Shown here one piece after another: positions 47,444 to 57,211 of a DNA stretch of 64,000 nt. How positions within the stretch are numbered: position 1 is the stretch's first letter; each line of letters begins with the position of its first letter. Source of the DNA: a virus; IMG/VR virus record IMGVR_UViG_3300050821_003995, positions 31,022-95,021 of that record; one strand, 5' to 3'. Below the pieces are notes generated by a model. The model searched no databases, was not told the DNA's origin, and was given only the letters and a program-made list of their open reading frames with translations. Made by a program: the position numbers and the translations under genes.

Positions 47444-47975
47444 GTTGTACCAAAAGCTAAACCTGAAGCCCCCGGCACGGGTTTGTGATCTTGGCTCTCA
47501 GGAAATGAGCCAAGGTGTCAGTGGGAGTGCCAAAGACTGGATGGAAGAACAGGGCTTCGATTACACCTGCATTGACTTTGACGGAAAATTCGGTGCGCTC
47601 AAGCTGGATTTGAATGTGGCCACTATCCACGATATTTATCAAGCATACACTGAAACTTCGTTTGACATTGTGACCAATCACGGCACCACAGAACACATCT
47701 TCAATCAGGCAAACGTGTTCAAGCTGATGCACGATTTGACTGTACTGGGGGGCTTGATGATCCATGCCGTCCCCACGCCCAAATTTGGCCCTTCACATGG
47801 CTTCTATTATTATGACGAAAGTATTTTCGATGATCTGGCCCACGCCAACGATTATGAAATCCTGCAAAAGTACCGGCAGGATGATCCCTACGAGATTATC
47901 CTAGTAGCTTTTAGAAAACAGTACACCAATTCGTTCAGGGTGCCAATTCAGGGGATGTACCGGGACCGTGTTTGA
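47418..47975 (+). CDS. Class I SAM-dependent methyltransferase
   Basis: DLGSQ, FDIVTN.GTTEH, GGLMIH..P, HGFY. Confidence 0.8.
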   Translation: MGLGPAARELYQKLNLKPPARVCDLGSQEMSQGVSGSAKDWMEEQGFDYTCIDFDGKFGALKLDLNVATIHDIYQAYTETSFDIVTNHGTTEHIFNQANVFKLMHDLTVLGGLMIHAVPTPKFGPSHGFYYYDESIFDDLAHANDYEILQKYRQDDPYEIILVAFRKQYTNSFRVPIQGMYRDRV

Positions 47976-49527
47976 CATTGTAAGCGTTGAACTGGAGGAT
48001 TTCAGGTCCTTCCGTGGTGAACACAGTTTTAAGTTCCCCACTGAGCCGGGGCTCTATGCCATCACCGGCAAGAACCTTGAGAACTCACGTGTGGGGAGCA
48101 ACGGCGCGGGCAAGACCACCCTGCTTGAGTCGGTATATTGGTGCCTATACGGTCACACCACACGCGGCCTGAAGGCCGGGGACGTGGTTAGCTGGGGTGC
48201 TAAGCGCTGTGCCGTCACCTGCCACCTGACCGTAGCCAGTGACCACCTGACGGTTACCCGCACCCAAAGCCCCAACAGCCTCACGCTGAATGACCGCCCG
48301 GTTGATCAGGACAACCTGCAAAAGGCCCTGCGCATTGGCCCTGAGGCTTTTACCTACGCGGTCATGATCCCGCAATTTGGTGACGCCTTCTTTGACCTGT
48401 CACCCAGCGACAAGCTGACGCTGTTCTCCCAGATCATGGAACTGGATTACTGGCTGAACAAAAGCAAAGAAGCCGATGATTTGGCTAAAGACATACTGAG
48501 TGCCAAGGAAGCGCTTGAGCGTGATGCAGCCAAATGCCGGGGGCAGCTTGAGATCATTGACGAGGACATTGCCAATCTGCGTGGCAAGAACAAAACCTTT
48601 GCAGAAGCTGAGGCTGAGCGCATTAAACGATTAAAACAGGACTTGCAAGAAGCAGGCGTTAAGGCAATTGATGCCGGTGAGGCCATAGAGTTTACACAAA
48701 AGGCCCTCAAGAACTTGACTATCAAGCTTGAGACAGTGGGGCGTGGTGCCAAGAAGTGCCCCACCTGCGGGCAACCTATAGCCAACAAAGAACTAAATGC
48801 ACTGCTTACCAATCAGACAGACTTTGAACGTCAGCTTCGCAAGCTAGAGCGTGACAAGGAAACCGCTCAAGGTGAGATACGTGTAACCAAATCCGCGATG
48901 GCACCACGTGAGAACCCCTATGCCGACGAAGTTGCCAGTAAGCTGATTGCCAAGGAAAAGGCCAAGGGCAAAATTGCCTCCCTAAAAGACGAAATAGACA
49001 CCCTCAATGAAGATCACGCCGCGATCAGCTTTTGGGTTATGGGCTTCAAACGGGTACGGCTATTCATTGTGGAAGAAACCCTGCGCCAACTGGAACTTGA
49101 GATCAACAACAGCCTGACCAGCCTGGGGCTGCTTGATTGGCACATTACCCTGGACGTTGAGCGTGAGAACAAGTCCGGGGGCATCACCAAAGGCTTTGTG
49201 GTGCTAGTGCACGCGCCTGGGGCGCCTGGGCCAGTACGCTTCGAAGCCTGGAGCGGAGGAGAAACTCAACGTCTGAGGCTTGCCGGTGACCTGGGCTTGG
49301 CCAACCTGATTATGGAACGCGCTGGGCTGACCAGCACCGTTGAGTTCTTTGACGAACCTTCACGCCACCTAAGCCAAGAGGGTATGCTTGATCTGGCTGA
49401 TACGCTTGCGCAGCGCGCAGCCTCACAAAACAAAAGGATAATCGTTATTGAACACAATCTACTGGACTACCCCTATGATGGGGTAGTCACCATTGTGAAG
49501 GACACCGACGGCTCACGTATTGACTAA
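47968..49527 (+). CDS. SbcC/Rad50-like SMC ATPase
   Basis: NGAGKTT, CPTCG Zn hook, SGGE, FDEP, IEH. Confidence 0.92.
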   Translation: MFDIVSVELEDFRSFRGEHSFKFPTEPGLYAITGKNLENSRVGSNGAGKTTLLESVYWCLYGHTTRGLKAGDVVSWGAKRCAVTCHLTVASDHLTVTRTQSPNSLTLNDRPVDQDNLQKALRIGPEAFTYAVMIPQFGDAFFDLSPSDKLTLFSQIMELDYWLNKSKEADDLAKDILSAKEALERDAAKCRGQLEIIDEDIANLRGKNKTFAEAEAERIKRLKQDLQEAGVKAIDAGEAIEFTQKALKNLTIKLETVGRGAKKCPTCGQPIANKELNALLTNQTDFERQLRKLERDKETAQGEIRVTKSAMAPRENPYADEVASKLIAKEKAKGKIASLKDEIDTLNEDHAAISFWVMGFKRVRLFIVEETLRQLELEINNSLTSLGLLDWHITLDVERENKSGGITKGFVVLVHAPGAPGPVRFEAWSGGETQRLRLAGDLGLANLIMERAGLTSTVEFFDEPSRHLSQEGMLDLADTLAQRAASQNKRIIVIEHNLLDYPYDGVVTIVKDTDGSRID

Positions 49528-49702
49528 TGGACCAAGGCATTCCAAGGGGCGCCGAAAGCATGCCATCCGAGAATTGCAACAAGTACCCATAACCAGAACC
49601 AGCCTCCAATGATCCACCAGCCGGGGCGGCATCCCACCACGGCCGGGCGGTGAAAATAATACACAACACGAAGATCAGCCAAAACCAAAAGCCAAGAGGC
49701 AT
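49524..49702 (-). pseudogene. Two-TM small membrane protein split by a 1-nt frameshift
   Basis: MPLGFWFWLIFVL...DAAP in one frame, GWWIIGGWFWLWVLVAILGWHAFGAP in the adjacent frame; shift near 49621-49626. Confidence 0.55.
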
Positions 49703-49716
49703 GGGGGTCTCCTCTG

Positions 49717-49962
49717 TCAGCGCCGCTCAGGCGCAATGATGTTTGGTGGTGTAGGGGAACTAAGTGACAGGCGCGGTGGTGTGCCACCACCATAGGCAAG
49801 AATGTCTTTCAACGAATAGGCAATTGCCAGCATGATGATGATCCCCTTGAAGATCAAACGGATACCATCCGGCATCATCGTCAAAAGATCAACAACATAA
49901 TACCAAAACAGCGCCCACAGGATAAGTTCGCAAAGTACGATGAAAAGTGAGATCGCGTCCAT
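49717..49962 (-). CDS. Small two-TM membrane protein
   Basis: Two hydrophobic helices. Confidence 0.65.
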   Translation of the reverse strand: MDAISLFIVLCELILWALFWYYVVDLLTMMPDGIRLIFKGIIIMLAIAYSLKDILAYGGGTPPRLSLSSPTPPNIIAPERR

Positions 49963-50126
49963 TAGATGTGCCCAAGTAGAACAAGGATCAGCACAATCAC
50001 CAAAACGAGCCCAAGGCCCCCACCCAAGTAGGGGCCACCCCCGTAAAACGGGCCACCGCCAATCCCGCTGAACCCCCCAAGCAGCACAATGATCAAAATG
50101 ATGACGAGCAGGGTTCCAAGACTCAT
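49962..50126 (-). CDS. DUF3309-like small membrane protein
   Basis: MSLGTLLVIILII.LLGG...GGGLGLVLVIVLILVLLG. Confidence 0.75.
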   Translation of the reverse strand: MSLGTLLVIILIIVLLGGFSGIGGGPFYGGGPYLGGGLGLVLVIVLILVLLGHI

Positions 50127-50268
50127 GGCCGTCTCCTCGCTATTTGATCTCACCATAGCTGAAAGCTGCACACATTTCAATCTGAGCAATTTTGAACAGT
50201 CAGCCGTGCACAGTGCCTGTAAATAAGGTATCATCCCCCGCCTACATTCAAATGAAAGGGATACCTCC

Positions 50269-50874
50269 ATGCTTACCGTAAGATCAAACCGGCCAGAAAC
50301 CAAAGCCTACGACGGTTTGTTTGTCATGCCACGCACTGACTACTGCGTGGTTGAGTCCGAAGACGGGAAGTTGCTTATTGTGACACCGGGCGAACTTTAT
50401 GATGGCCCCATAGAACGACTGAGGGTCAAATCAACTCGTCCCCATATAAAAGTGCACAATGGACAGGAAGTTCGGGTTGTCAGGGCCATCAAATCCGGAG
50501 ACTCGGGCTATAGCGAGGACGTTGGTCAGGTGGTTGTGCAGCCAAAGGACGGTGCACAATTCACCGTGCAAAATGATGAATTGGTCAGTGACTTCGAAGA
50601 ATGTGACGGGGTGATCCACAGCAACCGCCCAGAACTGAAAGACCACAAGGGTGAAAGCGTTAGGGTACTGCGCAGCGTGCGCCCCGGCGATGACAACTAC
50701 AACATCGGTGGCCCACACCAATACTGGGTGGTTGGAAAGGACAAGAAAGAGTTTGCGGTTGAGGCCGGAGAACTGAAGATGTCAAAGGCCCCACCCAAGC
50801 CTGCCCCCGCAAAACCCGAACCTGCAAAGCCGGCTTCCACTGGGTTTTTTGGCTTTGGTAAGAAAAAGTCTTGA
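50269..50874 (+). CDS. Protein with three tandem SH3/KOW-like repeats
   Basis: Repeated S.RP..K...G..V.V....DG..F.V...EL. Confidence 0.6.
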   Translation: MLTVRSNRPETKAYDGLFVMPRTDYCVVESEDGKLLIVTPGELYDGPIERLRVKSTRPHIKVHNGQEVRVVRAIKSGDSGYSEDVGQVVVQPKDGAQFTVQNDELVSDFEECDGVIHSNRPELKDHKGESVRVLRSVRPGDDNYNIGGPHQYWVVGKDKKEFAVEAGELKMSKAPPKPAPAKPEPAKPASTGFFGFGKKKS

Positions 50875-50878
50875 AGCC

Positions 50879-51061
50879 CTACCCTGTTGACTTGATAACG
50901 CGATGGGTGGACGCGGGACGAACTTCCACCCAGTATTCGTCCCCTTCGTTTAAATGCTCGTCAAGCCCCAAGGTCAAATTGAACAGCGCGTGCTGTTCAT
51001 GTGACCATTCGTCGCCATATTGAGCGCGCCGCGTCAGTAGTATTTCTGTGATGCCGTTGTT
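50879..51061 (-). CDS. Possible small hypothetical protein (start uncertain)
   Basis: C-terminal part of the 50879-51145 ORF looks protein-like. Confidence 0.3.
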   Translation of the reverse strand, partial: NNGITEILLTRRAQYGDEWSHEQHALFNLTLGLDEHLNEGDEYWVEVRPASTHRVIKSTG

Positions 51062-51104
51062 CTTGCGTATCCGCTCACAACGGCCACGGAATCTGACGAG
51101 CACG

Positions 51105-51833
51105 TTAGTGCCCCCGCATCGCCATAACAACTGCAATACCGGCAATGAATACGGAGGCTACGGTGGCCACCGCCATTATGATAGCGAGCAGCCGCGCATT
51201 CGTATCCACCATGCCTTTGCGTTGACCACCAACGCCACTTTCCACTGATTGCATTTTTGCAAGGGTCATGGTCAGTTCGGCAATAGCCCCCGATGTTGCG
51301 GTTGCGGTCTTGTTCATGGCGTCAGTGGTTGTGGTGGAAAGTGATGCAATACCAGCCGCCATGCGCGTGAGCGCGTCGGCGGTTTGAGGGTCTTGCACGC
51401 TGCTACGACCAGCCGCCGTGAAGGCCCCGGCTTCCAGCTTGCTGACCCGTGTATCGAACGTCGCCTGAATTTGCACAAGCTGTGTGGACACCAACGTTGA
51501 CGTGGTACGCACCGATTCAGCCAACATGTCGCGGATTGTGTTCTGAAATTCCTGCCGTGTTTCGGCAAGTTCGTCGATGCGCCGGGTTTCAGCGTCGCGC
51601 TGTGCATTCTGATACATGACCATGCTATCAGAAACGATTTTCACCATTTCACGGGTGCTGCTAACTTTTTCGTTCACCAACTTTTCTTGAGCATCCCGCA
51701 TAGCGTCCTGATACTTGCTTTCGGCTTGTACCAGATCAAGGACGTTCTTCGTTGGGTCAATAGTTGCCTGCCCCCGGTAATCCACCGGGATTCCTGGCTG
51801 ACCTTCATTATTTCGTCTTAGTTGACGTACCAT
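51105..51833 (-). CDS. Coiled-coil protein with C-terminal TM (lysis region)
   Basis: Heptads then hydrophobic tail. Confidence 0.65.
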   Translation of the reverse strand: MVRQLRRNNEGQPGIPVDYRGQATIDPTKNVLDLVQAESKYQDAMRDAQEKLVNEKVSSTREMVKIVSDSMVMYQNAQRDAETRRIDELAETRQEFQNTIRDMLAESVRTTSTLVSTQLVQIQATFDTRVSKLEAGAFTAAGRSSVQDPQTADALTRMAAGIASLSTTTTDAMNKTATATSGAIAELTMTLAKMQSVESGVGGQRKGMVDTNARLLAIIMAVATVASVFIAGIAVVMAMRGH

Positions 51834-51850
51834 TGCTGCCTAGCCGAAGA

Positions 51851-52150
51851 TTACGGGGCCGGGTCTGCGGCATCAGCCGCATCGGCCTTGGCAGCAGCGG
51901 CGGCAAAATCAGCGTCATACTTCGCGGCAAGATCCTGCAACTGCTTGATCTGGTCGGGAGTAGCCACACCGCTGCCCTGCACGTCGGCGATCAGTTTTTG
52001 GATCATTGGCAGAAGATCCTCGGCCTCCTTGACCACCACCGGGATGGCCTGCACCAGCAGCCCAATGATGTTGGTAACCGTGGATGACAGGGAAAGCGAC
52101 GGAAGCAGGTCCTGAATGATTGTCAGGATCAATGGGATAATTGCAGCCAT
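51851..52150 (-). CDS. Hypothetical lysis-region protein
   Basis: GAGG RBS, amphipathic helices. Confidence 0.65.
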   Translation of the reverse strand: MAAIIPLILTIIQDLLPSLSLSSTVTNIIGLLVQAIPVVVKEAEDLLPMIQKLIADVQGSGVATPDQIKQLQDLAAKYDADFAAAAAKADAADAADPAP

Positions 52151-52164
52151 TGGTGTGGTTCCTC

Positions 52165-52572
52165 TCAGACAGCCGGCAAGATAGCTTGAAGCGTTTTGGT
52201 GGCGACAGTAATGGCATCAACCAACCCCTGCACGCCCAATGGGCCTGGGTGCCCTTGCGCAAAGGCTATGAGGCCGTCCCTGGCAACCTGACCGTCATGG
52301 ACCGCTTTTTCAACTGCCTTGCGCACTGCCTGATTGCGGCACAGCGGGCCGTTGGCCCCCGTGCACTTGGGCCATGACGCATAGGCAATCAGGTAATTGC
52401 CCGCACTCACCTCCACGATGTGAAAGCTGTCGACCGCTACCGTCACCGTTTGTGGTGAAAGCGTTGCGTTGGTGACCAGCCCAACAGAGTGAAAGAAGTT
52501 CTGCAAGCTTGCACAACCACCGAGAGCTAGCGCCAAGGTGATTGTGATGGCAAGTGATTTTACACGCATCAT
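52165..52572 (-). CDS. Lipoprotein (spanin candidate)
   Basis: Lipobox LGGC after signal peptide. Confidence 0.65.
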   Translation of the reverse strand: MMRVKSLAITITLALALGGCASLQNFFHSVGLVTNATLSPQTVTVAVDSFHIVEVSAGNYLIAYASWPKCTGANGPLCRNQAVRKAVEKAVHDGQVARDGLIAFAQGHPGPLGVQGLVDAITVATKTLQAILPAV

Positions 52573-52586
52573 GTAATACTCCTCAG

Positions 52587-52928
52587 TTATGTGATCTTGT
52601 CGCCTGGGATGGTAGCAGCAAGAGCCGCCGTGGGTGTCCCCGGCACGGCTTTCACTTTCTCAATTTCTGGATTGTTTCGCATCCCAATAAGTTTAGAGAA
52701 TGGGCTGGCCGACCACGCAGCAAAGAAGCCAGCAAGGATTGGGATTAGGGCGCCCACACCAGCAATGATTGAGGCCACACCATCACCAATTTGGTGAATA
52801 GCATTGCCTAAGGCCGTGGCATCACCTTGCTTCAACCCCACCATGACCAAAACCGCCGTGGCGGTACCGGCAGCGGTGTAAACATGCCGAAGAGCAGAAT
52901 TGACTTGATCGGACGTTGGCAATTGCAT
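52587..52928 (-). CDS. Holin candidate
   Basis: SALRHV.TA.G pattern with two TM helices, next to endolysins. Confidence 0.6.
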   Translation of the reverse strand: MQLPTSDQVNSALRHVYTAAGTATAVLVMVGLKQGDATALGNAIHQIGDGVASIIAGVGALIPILAGFFAAWSASPFSKLIGMRNNPEIEKVKAVPGTPTAALAATIPGDKIT

Positions 52929-52975
52929 CGTGTGCTCCTGTCCCCTATTTTCATCTAATAACATGCAACAACAAG

Positions 52976-53626
52976 CTATGCAACAACCGCCGCAGCCTTC
53001 CCCTCACCACCACTGATAGCTTTGTCCCTGTCTGGTGGGTGGCCTTGGCCCGACACGGCTTGCATCGCCGTCATCACAGCTTCTACAAAATCAGCCTTGA
53101 TAACGTTCTTTCCTGGGCAGTCACGATGAGTAGTTGCAGGATCCTCTTTATGGAAGTGCAGCCCACGCCGCCCAAGCTGAAAAGGCAACGGTGAGAGGTG
53201 CGCGGCTGCATGAAGGATGGCCGACGCAATCACCGCATTGTCACCAATATCAGTCTTAAATGGTTCGGTGTCGTAATCACCCACCATTTCAATACCCCAC
53301 GAACACCAATTCCATGAAGGGGTATGAGTGCCCCTGTGCGTGAGCGGGGTAAATACACAAATGCCTGACGGCACGATAAACAGATGTGGGCCAGCCTGCC
53401 AGCCCAAGCCCTGATAGTACCCGGCAAGGTTCTGCAACCACTGTTCGTCGGTGATTGGAGGTGAACGGTGCGCGTAAGCATCATACTGTGCCCGGCTGGG
53501 TGAACTCGTATTATGATGGACAACGAATAAGGGCTTGAACGGTGCGTGAACCAGATCAAGGCTACTCACGTACTGCCTGAACTCTTCAACGGTGAACTTC
53601 TTGCCAACAATTGGTGTCCACGTCAT
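52976..53626 (-). CDS. N-acetylmuramoyl-L-alanine amidase (Amidase_2/PGRP-like)
   Basis: VVHHNT, GPHLF, GTH, GIEMVGDY, HKE..T..DCPG. Confidence 0.88.
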   Translation of the reverse strand: MTWTPIVGKKFTVEEFRQYVSSLDLVHAPFKPLFVVHHNTSSPSRAQYDAYAHRSPPITDEQWLQNLAGYYQGLGWQAGPHLFIVPSGICVFTPLTHRGTHTPSWNWCSWGIEMVGDYDTEPFKTDIGDNAVIASAILHAAAHLSPLPFQLGRRGLHFHKEDPATTHRDCPGKNVIKADFVEAVMTAMQAVSGQGHPPDRDKAISGGEGKAAAVVA

Positions 53627-54183
53627 GATCCCGCCTCTACCATGCTGAGTGCTTGAGCATCCACCCGTGTGCGCCGGTTACTCCATCCATGCCCTGATTT
53701 GATCCAGCCCGGCTGAGTTCGCTTCTTGGTGATCCACTGCGCCCCGATCATCAGCACCATAGCACGCGGGTCAATTGCCTTGACGGCCGCTAGAAGATGA
53801 TCATCAAATTTGCCAAGAGGCGGAAAGCGTCCAACCGCCAGCTCCAGGAGATCAATACCCCCGCTGGTGCCCAGGTTCGTGAACACGTCAAATGCGCGGT
53901 AATCCACCCCTGAAGGCAGTTCGTCGAATCGCAGCTTCGGCATAACCCATTCAGTGTAGAACGTGATGGCACCGGCCTCAGTAAGCGCCGCCACGTCAGC
54001 TACAGTGGCCGCAGGCTTGCCCAAGGCCCGGTGGTAGTCGGTCAAAGCATCAACAGACACCCCATATTTGGACGCACCCCCAGGCTCACCTTGGCCCGGT
54101 GGGGTACCGGGCGGGTTGACGTTGAGTTCGGGGCCTTCACTCAGTACCACCCCGGCAACAGCTTGCGCTTCGTTGGCTTTCAT
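53623..54183 (-). CDS. GH108-like lysozyme
   Basis: SEG....EPGGASKYGV, LP.GVDY..FD...N.G, GW.NR. Confidence 0.8.
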   Translation of the reverse strand: MKANEAQAVAGVVLSEGPELNVNPPGTPPGQGEPGGASKYGVSVDALTDYHRALGKPAATVADVAALTEAGAITFYTEWVMPKLRFDELPSGVDYRAFDVFTNLGTSGGIDLLELAVGRFPPLGKFDDHLLAAVKAIDPRAMVLMIGAQWITKKRTQPGWIKSGHGWSNRRTRVDAQALSMVEAGS

Positions 54184-54575
54184 TCCATTTCCTTTTTGAC
54201 GTCGGCTGTTAATATGCCTTCAGACGCAGGATGCACGCCATCACGCCCGGCTACAAATGAAACCATTGGGTCATGATAGGTGACTGCAACTGCCATGACC
54301 ACAGGACCTGCTCCGTTCGCAGGCAGTACCCAAATGATCTTTTTGGCCCCTTTAGCCACGGCGATCTTGCGGATCAATTCGCAGTTGCCCCGAAGGTGTT
54401 TGTTATATGGGTCATTGCTGCCGGCCGACACAATCACCGTATCTGCGGATTGCACACGCATGATTATGGCAGAGGATGAAATACCTATTTTGGCATCCAC
54501 CACACACCCGCTGATATGGGCAGCAAGAGCCAATGCAATGCTGTCACCAATAATTGCACACGCAACCACAGCCAC
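54180..54575 (-). CDS. Minimal SGNH hydrolase
   Basis: IGDSIA, GSND, DGVHP. Confidence 0.78.
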   Translation of the reverse strand: MAVVACAIIGDSIALALAAHISGCVVDAKIGISSSAIIMRVQSADTVIVSAGSNDPYNKHLRGNCELIRKIAVAKGAKKIIWVLPANGAGPVVMAVAVTYHDPMVSFVAGRDGVHPASEGILTADVKKEME

Positions 54576-54578
54576 CTC

Positions 54579-54707
54579 CTATAACAACGCCAACCCGACG
54601 AAGCATATCACGGCCAGCACTATGACAAATACACAAATAATGGTGAGGGAAACTCTGCCAAAAGACCTCGATTGGGACCGGGACCTCTGTTGGGTTTCCC
54701 TCACCAT
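54579..54707 (-). CDS. 42 aa single-TM protein (not in ORF track)
   Basis: MVRETQQRSRSQSRSFGRVSLTIICVFVIVLAVICFVGLALL; fills the gap between lysis genes. Confidence 0.5.
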   Translation of the reverse strand: MVRETQQRSRSQSRSFGRVSLTIICVFVIVLAVICFVGLALL

Positions 54708-54712
54708 GCCGA

Positions 54713-55312
54713 TCAGTTTGAAGCGTAACGGCCCCCACCGGGCCACCTGAAGGCTATAGCGCCCGCTAGTGAGCGTTCACGCTCACGTACCGCATGGCCG
54801 TCATTGCCTGATTTGACCAACCAGCGGCCACCGCTGCCCTGCGCAACTATGATCCCCACATGATGCCGCCAAACCACAATAGCTCCGGCACGGGGGCCAC
54901 CGGCATTGCTGCCGTAATGTGCCCATTCGCGGGCTAGATTGAATGACCGGTCAGCCACCCCCAGCAGGTGGCGCATCCACCAGCCGCACCAAGCGCGCGG
55001 ACGCGGATCGTGGCCGTTGTAGTCGATGTGCCTGTATGTGAAAGACCTGTGTGCCCGCTTGGGGCGGGGCTGAGGGGCAACTTCGGACGTTTTGTATTCG
55101 TCGTTGTAGCCGTAGGTTGGCATTTCCCCAGGGCCAACTTGATTGGATTTTTCATCCAAAAATTTTAGCATTTGGGCTAGACCAGCCCCAAGACCCTGCA
55201 CTACAGGATGAAGATGTTTCTGTTGATGATGATGGTGCCGATACGGATGGGCATTCGCAGTAGTGGCAGTAAAGACAAGGCAAAGCGCTGCGCAGATTGC
55301 TGCGATTCTCAT
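54713..55312 (-). CDS. Secreted CHAP/NlpC-P60-like (TIGR02594-like) peptidoglycan hydrolase
   Basis: Signal peptide, WCG, AREW..YG, GAIVV..HHVGI, SGN. Confidence 0.75.
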   Translation of the reverse strand: MRIAAICAALCLVFTATTANAHPYRHHHHQQKHLHPVVQGLGAGLAQMLKFLDEKSNQVGPGEMPTYGYNDEYKTSEVAPQPRPKRAHRSFTYRHIDYNGHDPRPRAWCGWWMRHLLGVADRSFNLAREWAHYGSNAGGPRAGAIVVWRHHVGIIVAQGSGGRWLVKSGNDGHAVRERERSLAGAIAFRWPGGGRYASN

Positions 55313-55408
55313 CTTAGTATTCCCCGTGCTGTTTACAACGGCGCGGAACCTAGCAAGTGCAAGGGGAAGGCTCAACCCCCTAATTGGGGCTTCTTTTGGT
55401 CAGTGCCT

Positions 55409-55744
55409 TTACTTCCCAACCAACGTCCAGTGGGTGTTATTATACCAAATTAAGAGATTAAGAGCACCACCACCACCCGTCACATTTGTCCCCCAAGTGG
55501 TGCAAGTGCCGTCAGCGCAATTGGCTGCTTTCCCATCGGTTATGCAAGCAAACATCCCCACCGCTGGTGTGGGAAGATTGGCAAAAGTGGTCTTGATGAT
55601 TGGCCCAGCACCACCTTGGCTCAATGCGGCGGCAATATCTGTTAAAAGTGCCGTGAGAGTATTGGTAGAAACCTGCTGCCCAGGGAAGGGCGGGTTTGCT
55701 CCGCTAGGAAGAACATAAACTCCTGTTGTTGGGTTGAAAGGCAT
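55409..55744 (-). CDS. Short tail-fibre-related protein
   Basis: Shared N-terminal GVY..P...PG..DIA.AL anchor. Confidence 0.65.
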   Translation of the reverse strand: MPFNPTTGVYVLPSGANPPFPGQQVSTNTLTALLTDIAAALSQGGAGPIIKTTFANLPTPAVGMFACITDGKAANCADGTCTTWGTNVTGGGGALNLLIWYNNTHWTLVGK

Positions 55745-55784
55745 TAACTAATCTTGAGCATGCGGATACCAGACATGACAAATA

Positions 55785-57200
55785 TCAAGTCACTGTAAAT
55801 GTTTTGGTTGTGCCACTTATCCTTATTTTTAGATTGCTGCCGTCAAACCACATATCCCCATCGTTGGGGCTTGTCGGCGCGGTACTCGCACCAAAATTTA
55901 TTTGAGCGATTGTAGTCGTGCCTGCTGCGAGCCTCAAAAACATCGTTGCTGCCGGATTGACACCAACACCAAGTAGAGCAAATGACGTGCTATTGGCGTC
56001 CGCAATTCCTCCATTTGTTGACGTTCCCGCAGTAAATCCCACAGGCCACGTTGGCCCAATGTCCCCTATAATTATTCCTCCGTTGTGTGCTGTAAACTTT
56101 TGACCGGAAATCGTGCCTGCCCCTGTGAAAGCAAGTCCCGCGAGATTGATCGTGCCACCTCTCAACGCGTCGGCAAATACGCCCACATTTGGGGTGCCGA
56201 CAACTGCAAAACTGGCGCCAAGCGTAACAGAGGCATTCTCTACAGACTGCACGAAACCGGCGCAACTACCACTAATAGTGTTTCCAGTTAAAAAGTTCGA
56301 ACGAGAATTCTGTGCAAATTGAAAATTTATTCCGCCTGGATTCGCTCCGAAATCACAGTTTTCAAAGTCCGCAAGACCAAATTGTGTAACGGTTACGAAT
56401 GCTTGCCCGGAAGATGCACTAAAACCTACACCGTCAAACGTCACCGACTGATAGTCGTCAACGCTGATCCCGGCAGTGGGTTGCCATTTACAATTTGTCG
56501 GCGTTGTTGGGTTACCAATAATGGTGGTGGTTGGAATACCAGATGGCATAGCCCCAGCTATAGCAAGATTTTCCACAATTGGTGTTGATGTAGTTGGTGG
56601 CAACTGAATGCTTATGCCAGCCCCTGTTTGTAAAAGCTGCTTTTGGATTACACTGTAGGCGTGCTGAACGGTCAAAAATGCACCGCTCGTCCCCTGTGCT
56701 CCAAGGCCATCGTTCGTCGCGGCGTCGCTGCCGTTGACATTGTCAACATTAAACACCGTCCCAGCCGGAACTGGCCAACGCGCCGCCAAGGGAGCGGTTG
56801 CCCACGCATTGGCAACATTATAAAGTACAACAAATTGCAATGGCCAAAGAACGAAAGACGTAAGACCGTTGATGGCAAGTGCTTTGCCGCGTCCAGTATC
56901 GGCATTAAAGATTACACACGAAAAGTTGGGACTGAAGCCACTCGCAGCCCCTACCGTAAATGTAAACAATGTGCCGCCGCTGAGGGCCACCAAGGCACCG
57001 GACGCGGTGGTGGCAAGCGACGCGGCACCAGTAACCGATACCGGCCGTGGGATGACCTGCTGTTGCCCTAATTGAGTAAGGGCAGCCGAAATATCAGTAT
57101 GAATGGCGTTCCACGTGGCCGACGCAATAATTTGACCAGGGAAAGCGTTCGTGGCCCCGTTAGGAGGTGTATAAACGCCTGTCGTAAGATTGAAACCCAT
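55785..57200 (-). CDS. Tail fibre/spike
   Basis: Shared anchor; GSD..NDGL..AFLT.Q.A; beta-helix-like G/T/S-rich body. Confidence 0.75.
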   Translation of the reverse strand: MGFNLTTGVYTPPNGATNAFPGQIIASATWNAIHTDISAALTQLGQQQVIPRPVSVTGAASLATTASGALVALSGGTLFTFTVGAASGFSPNFSCVIFNADTGRGKALAINGLTSFVLWPLQFVVLYNVANAWATAPLAARWPVPAGTVFNVDNVNGSDAATNDGLGAQGTSGAFLTVQHAYSVIQKQLLQTGAGISIQLPPTTSTPIVENLAIAGAMPSGIPTTTIIGNPTTPTNCKWQPTAGISVDDYQSVTFDGVGFSASSGQAFVTVTQFGLADFENCDFGANPGGINFQFAQNSRSNFLTGNTISGSCAGFVQSVENASVTLGASFAVVGTPNVGVFADALRGGTINLAGLAFTGAGTISGQKFTAHNGGIIIGDIGPTWPVGFTAGTSTNGGIADANSTSFALLGVGVNPAATMFLRLAAGTTTIAQINFGASTAPTSPNDGDMWFDGSNLKIRISGTTKTFTVT

Positions 57201-57211
57201 CTATGCCTTCC

